Origin: Candidatus Latescibacterota bacterium
GTDB taxonomy: Bacteria > Latescibacterota > UBA2968 > GCA-2709665
DNA: 64,000 nucleotides
Assembly (NCBI GenBank): GCA_965203805.1
Contig: OZ241917.1
Location: 3,360,001 to 3,424,000 of the forward strand
Direction: 5' to 3'
Position 1 is the stretch's first letter. Each line of letters starts with the position of its first letter. Shown piece by piece: positions 20,716-30,801 of the stretch. The position numbers and the translations under genes are program-made. The notes below the pieces were generated by a model. The model was not told the origin of the DNA and ran no database searches. It saw only the letters and a program-made list of their open reading frames with translations.

Positions 20716-20716
20716 G

Positions 20717-20769
20717 CAGACCTATCCCGGCTGCCAGGGGCAGCCACCCTTTCCTGAAGGAAAGGGTAA
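20717..20769. repeat. Single short family-1 REP-like module
   Basis: GCAGACCTATCCC..GGCTGCC..GGCAGCC..CCCTTTCCTGAAGGAAAGGG, a variant of the module in the 1-928 array. Confidence 0.7.
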
Positions 20770-20824
20770 AAGCGGATTGCTTTAAGGTATTTTCGTGAAT
20801 GCGCGAGAATGAAGTCTGACTGAC

Positions 20825-22024
20825 ATGACTCCCGAAAACTCAAATGACATCTGCATCGTCGGCGGGGCCGGACGCGTGGGCCTGCCCCTGGCGCTGACCT
20901 TCGCCGACGAGGGTTTTCGCGTTGTCATCTGCGACATCAACGAGGCATCCCTGAGGATGATCCGCGACGGACGGATGCCGTTCGCCGAAAAGGGCGCGGG
21001 CGATCTGCTCGGCCGGGCGCTCGCCGAAGGCCGGCTGGGTGTGTCGTCGGACCCGGCGTCCGTGGCCGGCGCGGCCACCGTGATCGTCACCATCGGCACG
21101 CCGGCGGACGAGTTGACGAAACCGATTCTCTCCACCTTCAAGAGCCTGGCGGACGACTTGCTGCCGCACCTGTCGGACGATCAGCTTGTCGTCCTCCGGT
21201 CCACGGTTTCCCCCGGAACCACGGACTGGCTGTACGACTACCTGCGCGCCAACGGCAGAAACCCGAAGGTCTCCTTCTGCCCCGAACGCATCGTCCAGGG
21301 CAAGGCCATCGAGGAAATCCGGTTGCTGACCCAGATCGTCAGCGGCGCCACGCCGGAAGCGGAATGGAAAGCGGCGGCCCTGTTCGAGCGGATCTCCCCG
21401 CGGATTGTCCGCCTGACGCCCATCGAAGCCGAATTCGCGAAGCTGTTCAGCAACGCGTACCGGTATATCCAGTTTGCAACCGCAAACCAGTTCTATATGA
21501 TCGCGAACGCCGCGGGCGTGGACTACAGCCGGGTGCTCGAAGGCATGAAAAGAGATTATCCCCGGGCGCGGGACATCCCCCCGGCGGGGTTCGCGGCGGG
21601 CCCGTGCCTGCTGAAGGACACCATGCAGCTGGCCGCGTTCGCCAGCGACGGTTTCACCCTGGGACAGGCGGCCATGAACGTCAACCAGGGCCTGGTGAAC
21701 TACCTCGTCGAGGAGGTGCGGAACCGTTACGGCGACCTGCGCCGCCTCCGCGTCGGCCTGCTTGGCATGGCCTTCAAGGCGGACAGCGACGACACCCGGT
21801 TTTCGCTGAGCTACAAATTGAAGGACATCCTGGCCTTCCGCGCCAGGGAAGTGCTGACCACGGACCCGTACGTGACCTCCGATCCGAACCTTCTGCCCAT
21901 CGGGGAGGTGATGGAAAGAAGCGATCTGCTGGTCCTCTGCGTGCCTCACGCCGCGTACCGGCGCCTGGACCTGAAAAACAAGCCGGTCCTGGATATCTGG
22001 GGGTTTCTTAACCTTGATTCGTAA
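20825..22024 (+). CDS. UDP-glucose/GDP-mannose/UDP-ManNAc dehydrogenase-family protein
   Basis: GGAGRVGLP Rossmann motif, LRSTVSPGTT, CPERI, AGPCLLKD (catalytic Cys) and GMAFKADSDDTR. Confidence 0.92.
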   Translation: MTPENSNDICIVGGAGRVGLPLALTFADEGFRVVICDINEASLRMIRDGRMPFAEKGAGDLLGRALAEGRLGVSSDPASVAGAATVIVTIGTPADELTKPILSTFKSLADDLLPHLSDDQLVVLRSTVSPGTTDWLYDYLRANGRNPKVSFCPERIVQGKAIEEIRLLTQIVSGATPEAEWKAAALFERISPRIVRLTPIEAEFAKLFSNAYRYIQFATANQFYMIANAAGVDYSRVLEGMKRDYPRARDIPPAGFAAGPCLLKDTMQLAAFASDGFTLGQAAMNVNQGLVNYLVEEVRNRYGDLRRLRVGLLGMAFKADSDDTRFSLSYKLKDILAFRAREVLTTDPYVTSDPNLLPIGEVMERSDLLVLCVPHAAYRRLDLKNKPVLDIWGFLNLDS

Positions 22025-22206
22025 GTCTTCGGGGACGTTAATTCGTACATGTGCAAGTTGATAAAGGCGATTAAACTGCGGATTACCAGGATACACCAGG
22101 TCACTGGACGTGAAGGGAAAAAACGTCCTTCCTTACGTCGATAACGCCCCGTTTCGGAGGGTTTTATCGCGTCCCCGCGTTGCTGTTTTATTCGGATTGA
22201 GGTCAA
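22008..22206 (+). mobile_element. 199-bp element with terminal inverted repeats (MITE-like), divergent copy
   Basis: Aligns end to end with the reverse complement of 48957-49155 (shared CAGGTCACTGGACGTGAA.GGAAAAAA and GCGTTGCTG). Ends TTAACCTTGATTCG ... CGGATTGAGGTCAA. Confidence 0.75.
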
Positions 22207-22208
22207 CC

Positions 22209-23171
22209 TTGAGTAAGCTCTACCTGGTCACGGGCGGCGCGGGATTCATCGGTTCCTCCCTGGTACGGCGTCTGCTCCGGGACGGCCACAACGTCCGGGT
22301 TCTCGACGACCAGTCCCGGGGTCGCGCCGGCCGGCTGGCGGACGTCCGGGACCACGTGGAATTCATCGCGGCGGACGTTCGGGACGCGGACGCCGTCCGG
22401 AAGGCCGCCCGGGGCGCGGACAGCCTGTGCCACCTGGCCTCGGTCAACGGCACCGAATGGTTCTACAGCAAGCCGGAAATCGTCCTCGACGTGGGTGTGA
22501 AGGGCATTGTGAATACCATCGACGCATGCCTGAAACACAACGTTCCGGAATTCGTCCTGGCTTCCAGTTCCGAGGTGTACCAGACGCCCCCCGCCGTTCC
22601 CACGGACGAAACCGCGCCCCTGTGCGTCCCCGACCCGCTGAATCCCCGCTATTCCTACGGCGGCGGCAAGATCATCAGCGAACTCATCGCCCTGAATTAC
22701 GGCCGCCGCCACCTGGAGCGCGTGCTTGTTTTCCGCCCGCACAACGTGTACGGCCCCGACATGGGCCGGGAGCACGTGATCCCTCAGTTGGTGCTCCGGG
22801 CAGGCGCGCTCGCGGCGGAACATCCGGACGGCGTGATCCGGTTTCCCATACAGGGCGACGGTTCGCAGACCCGCGCCTTCGTGCACATCGACGATTTCAC
22901 CGACGGGCTGGCCGCCGTCCTGGAAAAGGGCGCGCACCTCAACATCTACCACATCGGCAGCGACGTCGAAGTCACCATCCGGCGGCTGGCAGCGCTGATT
23001 TTCAGCCACCTCGGCCGGGAATTCGAAATCGTCCCCGGGCCGTCGCCGGAGGGCGGTCCGCGGAGAAGGCGTCCCGACATCCGCAAACTCAGGGCCCTCG
23101 GGTACCGGCCCCGCGTGACACTCCGCGACGGGTTGGCCGCCACCATCGACTGGTACCTGGCGCGCCGGTAA
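22209..23171 (+). CDS. NAD-dependent nucleotide-sugar epimerase/dehydratase
   Basis: LVTGGAGFIGS, ASSSEVY, YGGGK (YxxxK), HNVYGP and GDGSQTRAF motifs. Probable TTG start immediately after the 199-bp element. Confidence 0.92.
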   Translation: MSKLYLVTGGAGFIGSSLVRRLLRDGHNVRVLDDQSRGRAGRLADVRDHVEFIAADVRDADAVRKAARGADSLCHLASVNGTEWFYSKPEIVLDVGVKGIVNTIDACLKHNVPEFVLASSSEVYQTPPAVPTDETAPLCVPDPLNPRYSYGGGKIISELIALNYGRRHLERVLVFRPHNVYGPDMGREHVIPQLVLRAGALAAEHPDGVIRFPIQGDGSQTRAFVHIDDFTDGLAAVLEKGAHLNIYHIGSDVEVTIRRLAALIFSHLGREFEIVPGPSPEGGPRRRRPDIRKLRALGYRPRVTLRDGLAATIDWYLARR

Positions 23172-23209
23172 GACTGTCCGTCCGGCGCCGGCGACGAGAA
23201 GGAGCAGGC

Positions 23210-24460
23210 GTGCCGCCCGCGACCTCACGAAACATCACGCGATGCCAGATCAGCAACTCCGCGAACCTCGAGTCCGTGCTCTTTCTGGGCTTCGTCCCTC
23301 CGGTGAACGACATGCAACCGGTCGGCGGACGGCCCGAAGCACGTTCGATGTACCCGCTGGAACTGCTCTATTGTCCGGATTCGCACCTGGCGCAGATCGG
23401 CTGCGAGGTGGACCCGGAAATCCTGTTTCCTCCGGAGTATCCCTACACCAGCGGCACGACGCGCATTCTCCGTGACAATTTCGCGGACCTGTTCGAACAA
23501 TGCATGGGCCTGCCGGGCATCGACGCATCGTCGTTCGTTATCGACGTCGGCTCCAACGACGGGACGCTGCTGGCGAACTTCAGGGACGGGGGCTGCCGGG
23601 TTCTGGGCATCGACCCCACGGACCGGGCCCGGCTTGCGAACGAGAGAGGCATCCGCAGCCTCCGGACGTTCTTCTCGAGGGAAACCGCGCGGGCCGTGGC
23701 CGGGGAATACGGCGCCGCCGATCTCGTGACCGCAACGAATGTGTTCGCGCACATGCCCGAGGTTGACGCGGTCGTCGCCGGGATCCTGGACATCTTGGAC
23801 GAACGGGGCGTTTTCGTCTCCGAGTCCCACTACCTGCTGGACCTGATCGGCGCGCTGCAATACGATACCGTCTATCACGAGCACCTCAGGTACTACTCGC
23901 TGCACAGCCTGAAATTCCTCCTGGAAAAACACGGGCTGGAGATTTTCCACGTCAAGCGCATCCCCACGCACGGGGGCTCCATCCGTGTCTTCGCCGCGCG
24001 GAAAGGACAATGCGCCGTGGACCCGTCCGTCTCGAATCAGCTGAAAGCCGAACGACGGGCCGGCCTGCTCGACCGTGAGACCTACCGCCGCTTCGCCGCG
24101 GACGTGATGCAGAGCAAACTCGACCTCATGGGCCTGCTACGGGACGTCAAGGCCGGCGGCGGCCGCATCTACGGCATCGGCGCTCCCTCCCGCGCGAGCA
24201 CCCTTATCGCGTATACCGGGCTCGACCACGATATCATCGACTGCGTCCTGGAAATCCGGGGCTCGCACAAGATCGGGAAATATATGCCGGGCACCCGGAT
24301 CCCCGTCCTGGAAGAGTCCGCACTGTTCAGCGACCAGCCCGAATTCGCGCTGCTCTTCTCGTGGCATATCGCCGGTGAACTCATGCCCAAACTCACCAGC
24401 AAGGGGTACCGGGGCGAATACATCGTCCCGCTGCCGTCCCCCGAAATTGCGGCGGGATGA
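23210..24460 (+). CDS. NDP-hexose C-methyltransferase-like SAM-dependent enzyme
   Basis: DVGSNDGTLL, TNVFAH, YDTVYHEHLRYYS, THGGSIR, GAPSRASTL and KIGKYMPG motifs. GTG start with AAGGAG RBS. Confidence 0.88.
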   Translation: MPPATSRNITRCQISNSANLESVLFLGFVPPVNDMQPVGGRPEARSMYPLELLYCPDSHLAQIGCEVDPEILFPPEYPYTSGTTRILRDNFADLFEQCMGLPGIDASSFVIDVGSNDGTLLANFRDGGCRVLGIDPTDRARLANERGIRSLRTFFSRETARAVAGEYGAADLVTATNVFAHMPEVDAVVAGILDILDERGVFVSESHYLLDLIGALQYDTVYHEHLRYYSLHSLKFLLEKHGLEIFHVKRIPTHGGSIRVFAARKGQCAVDPSVSNQLKAERRAGLLDRETYRRFAADVMQSKLDLMGLLRDVKAGGGRIYGIGAPSRASTLIAYTGLDHDIIDCVLEIRGSHKIGKYMPGTRIPVLEESALFSDQPEFALLFSWHIAGELMPKLTSKGYRGEYIVPLPSPEIAAG

Positions 24461-24501
24461 ATCGCGTTTCCACTGCAGCACCCAAAGCGTGAACCCGGAC
24501 C

Positions 24502-25251
24502 ATGCCCGACCTCGACATCGTCATCCCCGTGTACAACGAGGGCGCCAACATCCTGAACGTTCTCAACGCGTTGTGCGATGCAACGAAAACGCCCTTCAGG
24601 GTCCTGATCTGCTACGACGATGACGCCGACGACACCCTTGACGCCCTGAAGGATTTCGACCCTGCCCGGTGCGAGATCGTCAGGGTCCGGAACCGCGGCC
24701 GGGGGGCGCACGGGGCCGTCGTGACGGGTTTCCGCACGGGCGACGCGCCCGCGGCCATCATGTGGCCGGCCGACGATACCTTCAACGCCGGCATCATCGA
24801 TGCGATGGTCCGGGAATTCCGGAACGGCTGCCAGGTCGTCGCCGCCGGCCGGTTCATCGAGGGCGGCTGCATGGTGGGCGCGCCATGGCTGAAATCTCTG
24901 CTTGTCAGAAGCTCCGCCTTCACCCTTTATTACCTCGCGCGGCTACCCGCCCGCGACGCCAGCAACGGGCTGCGCCTGTTCTCCCGGCGCCTGCTGGACC
25001 GCGTCAGGATCGAGTCGTCGGTCGGTTTCGCGTACGGAATCGAACTGCTGGTCAAGTGTCACCGGCTGGGCTGGAAGGTCGCCGAGGTCCCCGCGGTGTG
25101 GTACGAGAGGACGACCGGCCGGAGCCGCTTCAGGGTCATCCGCTGGCTTCCGGAATACCTGCGCTGGTATTTCTACGCATTCGCGACCACGTACCTGCGC
25201 CGGGGCCCCGAAACCGTACCCGGTAACGAGACACGCGAATTTCCGACCTGA
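24502..25251 (+). CDS. GT2 glycosyltransferase (polyprenol-phosphate sugar synthase-like)
   Basis: IVIPVYNE, WPADD, DASNGLRLF and EVPAVWYER..GRSRF motifs. Confidence 0.85.
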   Translation: MPDLDIVIPVYNEGANILNVLNALCDATKTPFRVLICYDDDADDTLDALKDFDPARCEIVRVRNRGRGAHGAVVTGFRTGDAPAAIMWPADDTFNAGIIDAMVREFRNGCQVVAAGRFIEGGCMVGAPWLKSLLVRSSAFTLYYLARLPARDASNGLRLFSRRLLDRVRIESSVGFAYGIELLVKCHRLGWKVAEVPAVWYERTTGRSRFRVIRWLPEYLRWYFYAFATTYLRRGPETVPGNETREFPT

Positions 25252-25278
25252 ACTTTGGCAACCCGTTGGAGGCGAAAC

Positions 25279-27723
25279 GTGAGCAAGCGCACAAAAAGAA
25301 CCGCACGACGTCCCGCAACGCCGCGAGCGCAGGCCGCCAAAAGCCTCTCGGACCGTCTCGGTCCCTACGTCGCGTCGCCGTGGGCGCCGGTCGCGTTCTT
25401 TCTGCTCCTGAGCGTGGTCTACTTCGCCGGATTCGTCTTCACCGACCACGTCATTCTCGGCCAGGACACGGGGAATGACTTTCACAAGGGGCGTGAGCCT
25501 TTTCTGGAAAAACTGTCCGACCTGGCCCCGGCCAACTGGACGAGGTACCTCGGCGGCACCCCGGTAACCGGCCAGCGGACGTCGAGTTATTTCCCGCTGG
25601 AAATCATCGCCCTGTTTACCACCCGGCACCGGCTTCTGGGCTGGCGATATTTCTTCGCCATGTTCATGGCCGGCTATTTCATGTACCTCTGCATCCGCGG
25701 CTTCGGCCTGAAGCCGCTCACCGCCTGGCTGACCGGCATCGCGTACGCCTCCGCGCCCGCCCTGCTCACCTTCATCTACGCCGGCCACGAAGCCAAGATG
25801 CTGGTCATCGGCCTGTTTCCACTGATGGTCTGGGGGCTGTACCGCGGCATGGAGACCGGCCGCGTAATCTACTATCTGGTTCTGGGCGTCGCGATCGGCG
25901 CGGGCATCTACACGCCGCATCTCCAGATGCTGTACTACGCCCTCTGCGGGCTGGGCATCCTCTTCGCCGCCAGGCTCATTCACCTCTACTACGGCGACAG
26001 AGACATTTTGGCCGCCCTCCGCCGCAGCCTGCTCAGCGCCGGCGCGATATGCCTGGGCCTGGGCATTGGCGCAATGGGCGTGTTCCCGCAATACTGGTAC
26101 ACGAGGACGGAATCCAGGCGGGCGCTGGGCGACGGGGAGGGCAAAGGCCTGGAATACGCGCAGACGTGGTCGCTGCACCCCGAGGAAATCGCCTCTCTGG
26201 CGGTCCCGGAGTTCGCGCATTTCGACGACCCGGACCGAAGACAGCGAAACTACTGGGGGCGCAATCCCTTTAAACTCAATTCCGAATACTTCGGCATCGC
26301 GGTGCTCTTCTTCGCCGCCGTCGCCCTGGGCGGCATCCGCCGCGACCCCCGAATCGGGATCTTCCTTCTGCTGTTTCTCTTCGCCGTCGCGTTCGCGCTC
26401 GGACCCCATACCTTCCTGCATGGATACGCGTACCGCTACATTCCGGGCATGAAAGTGCTCCGGGCGCCGGGCATGATCGCCTTTCTGTTCGCCTTCCCCG
26501 CCTGCGTTCTGGCCGCCATCGGATTGCAGCGGGTCCTCTATCCGACCGGGGACTCGCCCCGGTTGCGGCGGAATCTCGCCATCGGCGCGGGCGTCGCCGT
26601 GGTCCTGCTCCTGGGCGTCGCCGCAGCGCCGCAGGGCGCGGTCAATGCCTGGACCGGCGTCTTCTGGTCCGATATCCCGGGATCAAACGTCCGGGTCGCG
26701 CAGGCGAACGCGCCCAACCTCAGCCGGGGCGCCATGCTGGCCGCCCTGCTCGTGGCGGTGATGGCCTTCCTGGCGTGGAAGCGCCTGGGCGGCGGCATGT
26801 CCCCCGCGGTCTGCGCGTGCCTTCTGGTTCCCCTCATGCTGTTCGACACCTGGCGGATCGACCGGCAGTTCCTCCGGTATTTCGATCCGGACCTGCAGCC
26901 GCCGCCGGAACGCGTGTACGGCGGCGTTCTGCGACACTTCGAGCAGGACCCGGACCTGTACCGCGTGCTGTTCGTGTCGCGGCACGCCGTGCCTCCGCCG
27001 CATATGGGCGGGGGCAAACGGACGATTATCGACCGGGTGCGCGTGGACTATCACGAACCCTTTGCCATGCTGCGCTACGACCGGATCACCGAACCGCAGA
27101 ACCTCCGGCACTTTCCCATCCTGAGTCTGCTGAACACACGATACGTCGTGACCCGGGAACCGTTCCAGGGCGGTCCCGCGTCCGTGGTGACCGACGGCCT
27201 GCATATCTACAAGAACGACTTCGCGTTGCCATGGTTCTACCTGGCGCCCCGGTACCGGATCGAAACCGACGAGGACGAGATATTGAAGCTTCTGTCGGGC
27301 CCGGAATTCAAGCCCGATGAGACCGTTATCATCGAGGCCGAGCCGGACGGTTTTTCGGCCGGTCCCGCGGACACGCTCGCGCAGGACCGCATCGAAACGG
27401 CCGCGTACGACGATCGAACGGGATATATCGAGCTCAACGTGAAAGCCGGCGGCCCCCGCCTGCTCGTGGTCTCCGAGAACCATCACCCCTTCTGGCGCGC
27501 GTACGTGGACGGCGAAGAGCGTCCGCTGTACAGGGCCAACTACGTCTGGAAGGCGGTTGTCGTGCCCGCGGGCGAACACCGGGTGGAACTCCGCTTTCAC
27601 GACCCCATCGCCGCGGCCTGCCGCTGGATCACCCTCCTCTCCACCCTCTTTGCCATCGCCTTCGCCGCCGCATGGGTTTGGCGGCAGCGCGCCGGGAAGC
27701 CGGCCCCCGCCACCGCGGAGTAG
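25279..27723 (+). CDS. YfhO-like GT-C polytopic membrane protein
   Basis: Many TM helices. C-terminal YfhO-type VVSENHHPFWRAYVDG..RANY..AVVVPAGEHRVEL followed by a TM helix. GGAGG RBS before GTG 25279. Confidence 0.8.
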   Translation: MSKRTKRTARRPATPRAQAAKSLSDRLGPYVASPWAPVAFFLLLSVVYFAGFVFTDHVILGQDTGNDFHKGREPFLEKLSDLAPANWTRYLGGTPVTGQRTSSYFPLEIIALFTTRHRLLGWRYFFAMFMAGYFMYLCIRGFGLKPLTAWLTGIAYASAPALLTFIYAGHEAKMLVIGLFPLMVWGLYRGMETGRVIYYLVLGVAIGAGIYTPHLQMLYYALCGLGILFAARLIHLYYGDRDILAALRRSLLSAGAICLGLGIGAMGVFPQYWYTRTESRRALGDGEGKGLEYAQTWSLHPEEIASLAVPEFAHFDDPDRRQRNYWGRNPFKLNSEYFGIAVLFFAAVALGGIRRDPRIGIFLLLFLFAVAFALGPHTFLHGYAYRYIPGMKVLRAPGMIAFLFAFPACVLAAIGLQRVLYPTGDSPRLRRNLAIGAGVAVVLLLGVAAAPQGAVNAWTGVFWSDIPGSNVRVAQANAPNLSRGAMLAALLVAVMAFLAWKRLGGGMSPAVCACLLVPLMLFDTWRIDRQFLRYFDPDLQPPPERVYGGVLRHFEQDPDLYRVLFVSRHAVPPPHMGGGKRTIIDRVRVDYHEPFAMLRYDRITEPQNLRHFPILSLLNTRYVVTREPFQGGPASVVTDGLHIYKNDFALPWFYLAPRYRIETDEDEILKLLSGPEFKPDETVIIEAEPDGFSAGPADTLAQDRIETAAYDDRTGYIELNVKAGGPRLLVVSENHHPFWRAYVDGEERPLYRANYVWKAVVVPAGEHRVELRFHDPIAAACRWITLLSTLFAIAFAAAWVWRQRAGKPAPATAE

Positions 27724-27726
27724 TCC

Positions 27727-29172
27727 ATGGGCGGAAAGTCACCGGTCAGAAGGATCGCGGGCAACACCGCGGTCCAGGTCTTCGGACGGACCATCGAATT
27801 CGCAATCTTCCTGTTCCTTGCCCATTACCTGGACCTGAAGGCGTTCGGCGCGTATTCGTTCATCCTGGCCAACCTCATGTTGTGGAGCGTCCTCACGGAC
27901 GCGGGCGCGTATAACGTCCTGGTCAGAGAAAGCGCGACGGGCGATGATCCCGATCGACTCCTGGGCAACGCCCTTTCAATCGGACTGATCGGATGCGTTG
28001 CCGCCATTCTGACGTCCAACGCCTATCTCTACCTTTCCGGCCAGGGCCCGGAAACCCTCATCCCCGCGCTCATCGCCTCGCTTACCCTGTTCGTATCGCC
28101 GCGGCTGAACGCGTTTCGCAGGATGCTGCAGGTCCGGTTTCAGGCCGAACTCCAAATGGGATACGTGGTGGCGTGGAATACCGTCTCCCACCTCCTCATG
28201 GCCGGCCTGCTGGTGGCTGTTGTCCTCAATCAGGGCTTTCTGACCGCCATCTTCTGTGCGCTCATCGCCGCCGAGCTTCTGTCATTCGCCGGCCTCTGTC
28301 TCACACACCGGCGTCTTTTCAGTCTTCCCCGTATCCGGTTCGACGCGCGGATCATAAGACCTCTGCTGCGGCAGAGCATTCCGCTCATGCTGGCCTCGGT
28401 CTGTGTCACCGTGTATGACAAGATCGGCGTGATGCTGCTCGAGTCCATCGTGAACAAGGAGGCCGTGGGCCTCTATAACATGGCGGCGCGAATCCCGGAC
28501 AGCCTGCCCTTTCTCGCTTCGATATTCATCGCCAATGTCTTCCCCGTGATGATGAGACACAGGGAGACCGATCCGGTTGCCTTCGAGAGAATCTACCGCC
28601 GCAGCGCGCGGTACCTGATGCTCTTTATCGTCCCCGTCGCCGGCTTCTGCACCGTGGCTTCGGGCGACATCCTGAACCTGCTCTTTCCGGGCCGGATTCC
28701 CGAAGCCATGTTCGGCCACGCCAGCGGGACGCTCGTCCTGCTCATCTGGGCCATGGTCTTCAAATACATGGGCACGGCCCTGAGCTTTCTGGTCGTGGCC
28801 GTGGGCGAGGAAAAACGCCGGCTCTGGTGCCTGGCCACGGCGGCGCTGCTCGGCGTTCTTCTGAACATTGCGCTCATCCCCGGCCACCACGTCCTCGGAT
28901 CGGCGACGGCCGTGCTGATCGGGTCCGTCGCGTATCCCGTTGCGGGGCTGTTCTTCGCACCGCTGCGAAGATACGCGGTCATGGCCGGCGCCGGCGCTGG
29001 CAAACCGCTGCTGGCGACCGCTCTGACGGCGGCCTGCGTCGCGCTCGTCACCGATCACCTCGTTTTCGGCGCCATTGCGGGGGTAATCGTCTACGGCGCG
29101 CTGATCCTGCTCCTCAAAGGCGTCACACGGGAAGACATGGCCCTGCTCAGGGAACTGAAGAAAGCAGGTTAG
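27727..29172 (+). CDS. Wzx-type polysaccharide flippase
   Basis: About 12-14 TM helices. N-terminal RIAGNT, FGAYSF, DAG and EAVGLYNMA motifs. Confidence 0.85.
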   Translation: MGGKSPVRRIAGNTAVQVFGRTIEFAIFLFLAHYLDLKAFGAYSFILANLMLWSVLTDAGAYNVLVRESATGDDPDRLLGNALSIGLIGCVAAILTSNAYLYLSGQGPETLIPALIASLTLFVSPRLNAFRRMLQVRFQAELQMGYVVAWNTVSHLLMAGLLVAVVLNQGFLTAIFCALIAAELLSFAGLCLTHRRLFSLPRIRFDARIIRPLLRQSIPLMLASVCVTVYDKIGVMLLESIVNKEAVGLYNMAARIPDSLPFLASIFIANVFPVMMRHRETDPVAFERIYRRSARYLMLFIVPVAGFCTVASGDILNLLFPGRIPEAMFGHASGTLVLLIWAMVFKYMGTALSFLVVAVGEEKRRLWCLATAALLGVLLNIALIPGHHVLGSATAVLIGSVAYPVAGLFFAPLRRYAVMAGAGAGKPLLATALTAACVALVTDHLVFGAIAGVIVYGALILLLKGVTREDMALLRELKKAG

Positions 29173-29184
29173 ACGGGAGCGAGA

Positions 29185-30790
29185 ACGAAAATCAACTCAC
29201 ACGGAGACACAAAGACACAAAGAAAACCGAACCAGAAACCAGCAGTCAGCGGTCAGCGGTCGGCAGTCAGCCAAGAGCGAACCACCCCCAGCCCCGCAGA
29301 CCTCTCCCCCCTGCCCCCTCTCCCGGGGGGAGAGGGGGAGAAAAAGGCAGCCGTCAGCTTGAAGCGAAAGGCGAAAACCAGCTCACACAAAGACACGAAG
29401 ACACAAAGAAAACCTAACCAGAAACCAGCAGTCAGCATTCGGCTGTCAGCTTGAAGCAAGAGCGCCCTCACCCCCAACTCCGCAGACCTCTCCCCCCTGC
29501 CTGCCGAAAAACCACCGCCAGGCAGGGACCCTCTCCTATAAGGAAAGGGTAACGAACGCCACGCGATAGGATCCTGCTTTCCTTCTTCCTTATAGGAAGG
29601 GGGTAGGGGGAAGGTCTGAAAGGCGGGGAGAGGGGAGACGTAAGACGGGAGATACCGTGAGTGCTCTATGGTCTTTCCAGTCGTTACGATAACGGTAAAT
29701 AAACAGGCACGGTTTATGTAGAATCACTGCTGTGAATGTCTTCATCTACCGTCTACCCTCTTACGTCTACCCGCTTTTACGCAGACCTCTCCCCCCAACC
29801 CCCTCTCCCGGGGGGAGAGGGGGTGAAAAGACAGGCATCGCGTGCCGGTCATCTATAGATACTCTGATGGACAGGAAATCGCCACCCGGCACACTTGCAT
29901 GCCCGGTCCATCGACCCATCGCCGTTCCCCCTTCCTCACAGGAAGGGGGTTAGGGGGAAGGTCTGAAAGGCGGGGAGACGTAAGACGGGAGATACCGTGA
30001 GTGCCTGAAAGGCGGGGAGACGTAAGACGGGAGATATTGTGTGCCCTGTACGGTTTCATCTCTTGCCGCAGGCATAAAGTAAGATCCAATCAGGCAAGGA
30101 CCTCATCTAACGTCTAACCTCTACCCTCTCACCGCTTTTACGCGACCTCTCCCCCCAACCCCCTCTCCCGGGGGGAGAGGGGGAGACAAGACAGGCATCG
30201 CGTGCCGGTCATCTATAGATACTCTGATAGACAGGAATTCGCCAGCCGGCACACTTGCATGCCCGGTCCATCGACCCATCGCCGTTCCCCCTTCCTCACA
30301 GGAAGGGGGTTAGGGGGAAGGTTGGTGGTGAGGAGAGGGGGAGAAAAGACAGGCATCGCGTGCCGGTCATCTATAGATACTCTGATAGACAGGAATTCGC
30401 CAGCCGGCACATTTGCATGCCCGGTCCATCGACCCATCGCCGTTCCCCCTTCCTCACAGGAAGGGGGATAGGGGGTAGGTCTGAAAGGCGGGGAGACGTG
30501 AGATGATATCAGTGCTCTATGGTCTTTCCAGTCGTTACGATAACGGTAAATATACAGGCACGGTTAGCGCGAAAACACTGAGGTAACGCTATCATCTACC
30601 GTCTAACCGCTTTCAGGTTTTCATTTTTCCTTTTTCCTTCTTCATTTTTCCTTTTTCTTCCTCCCGTCTACCCTCTTACGTCTCACCGCTTTTATTGCCC
30701 CGTGAAGTTTCATATCTTGCCAGAGGCATTAAGCGAGAACCAATCGGGCAAGGACGTCATCTACCGTCTACCGGCTCACGTCTCACCGCT
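29185..30790. repeat. Large family-1 mosaic array (plus family-3 9-mers and CAGTCAG-type heptamers)
   Basis: The ~190-bp module (..AAGACAGGCATCGCGTGCCGGTCATCTATAGATACTCTGAT..CCCCCTTCCTCACAGGAAGGGGG) occurs near 29780, 30143 and 30335. ACACAAAGACAC-type 9-mers at 29197-29225 and 29385-29410. Confidence 0.92.
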
Positions 30791-30801
30791 AGGGAGAAAC
30801 C

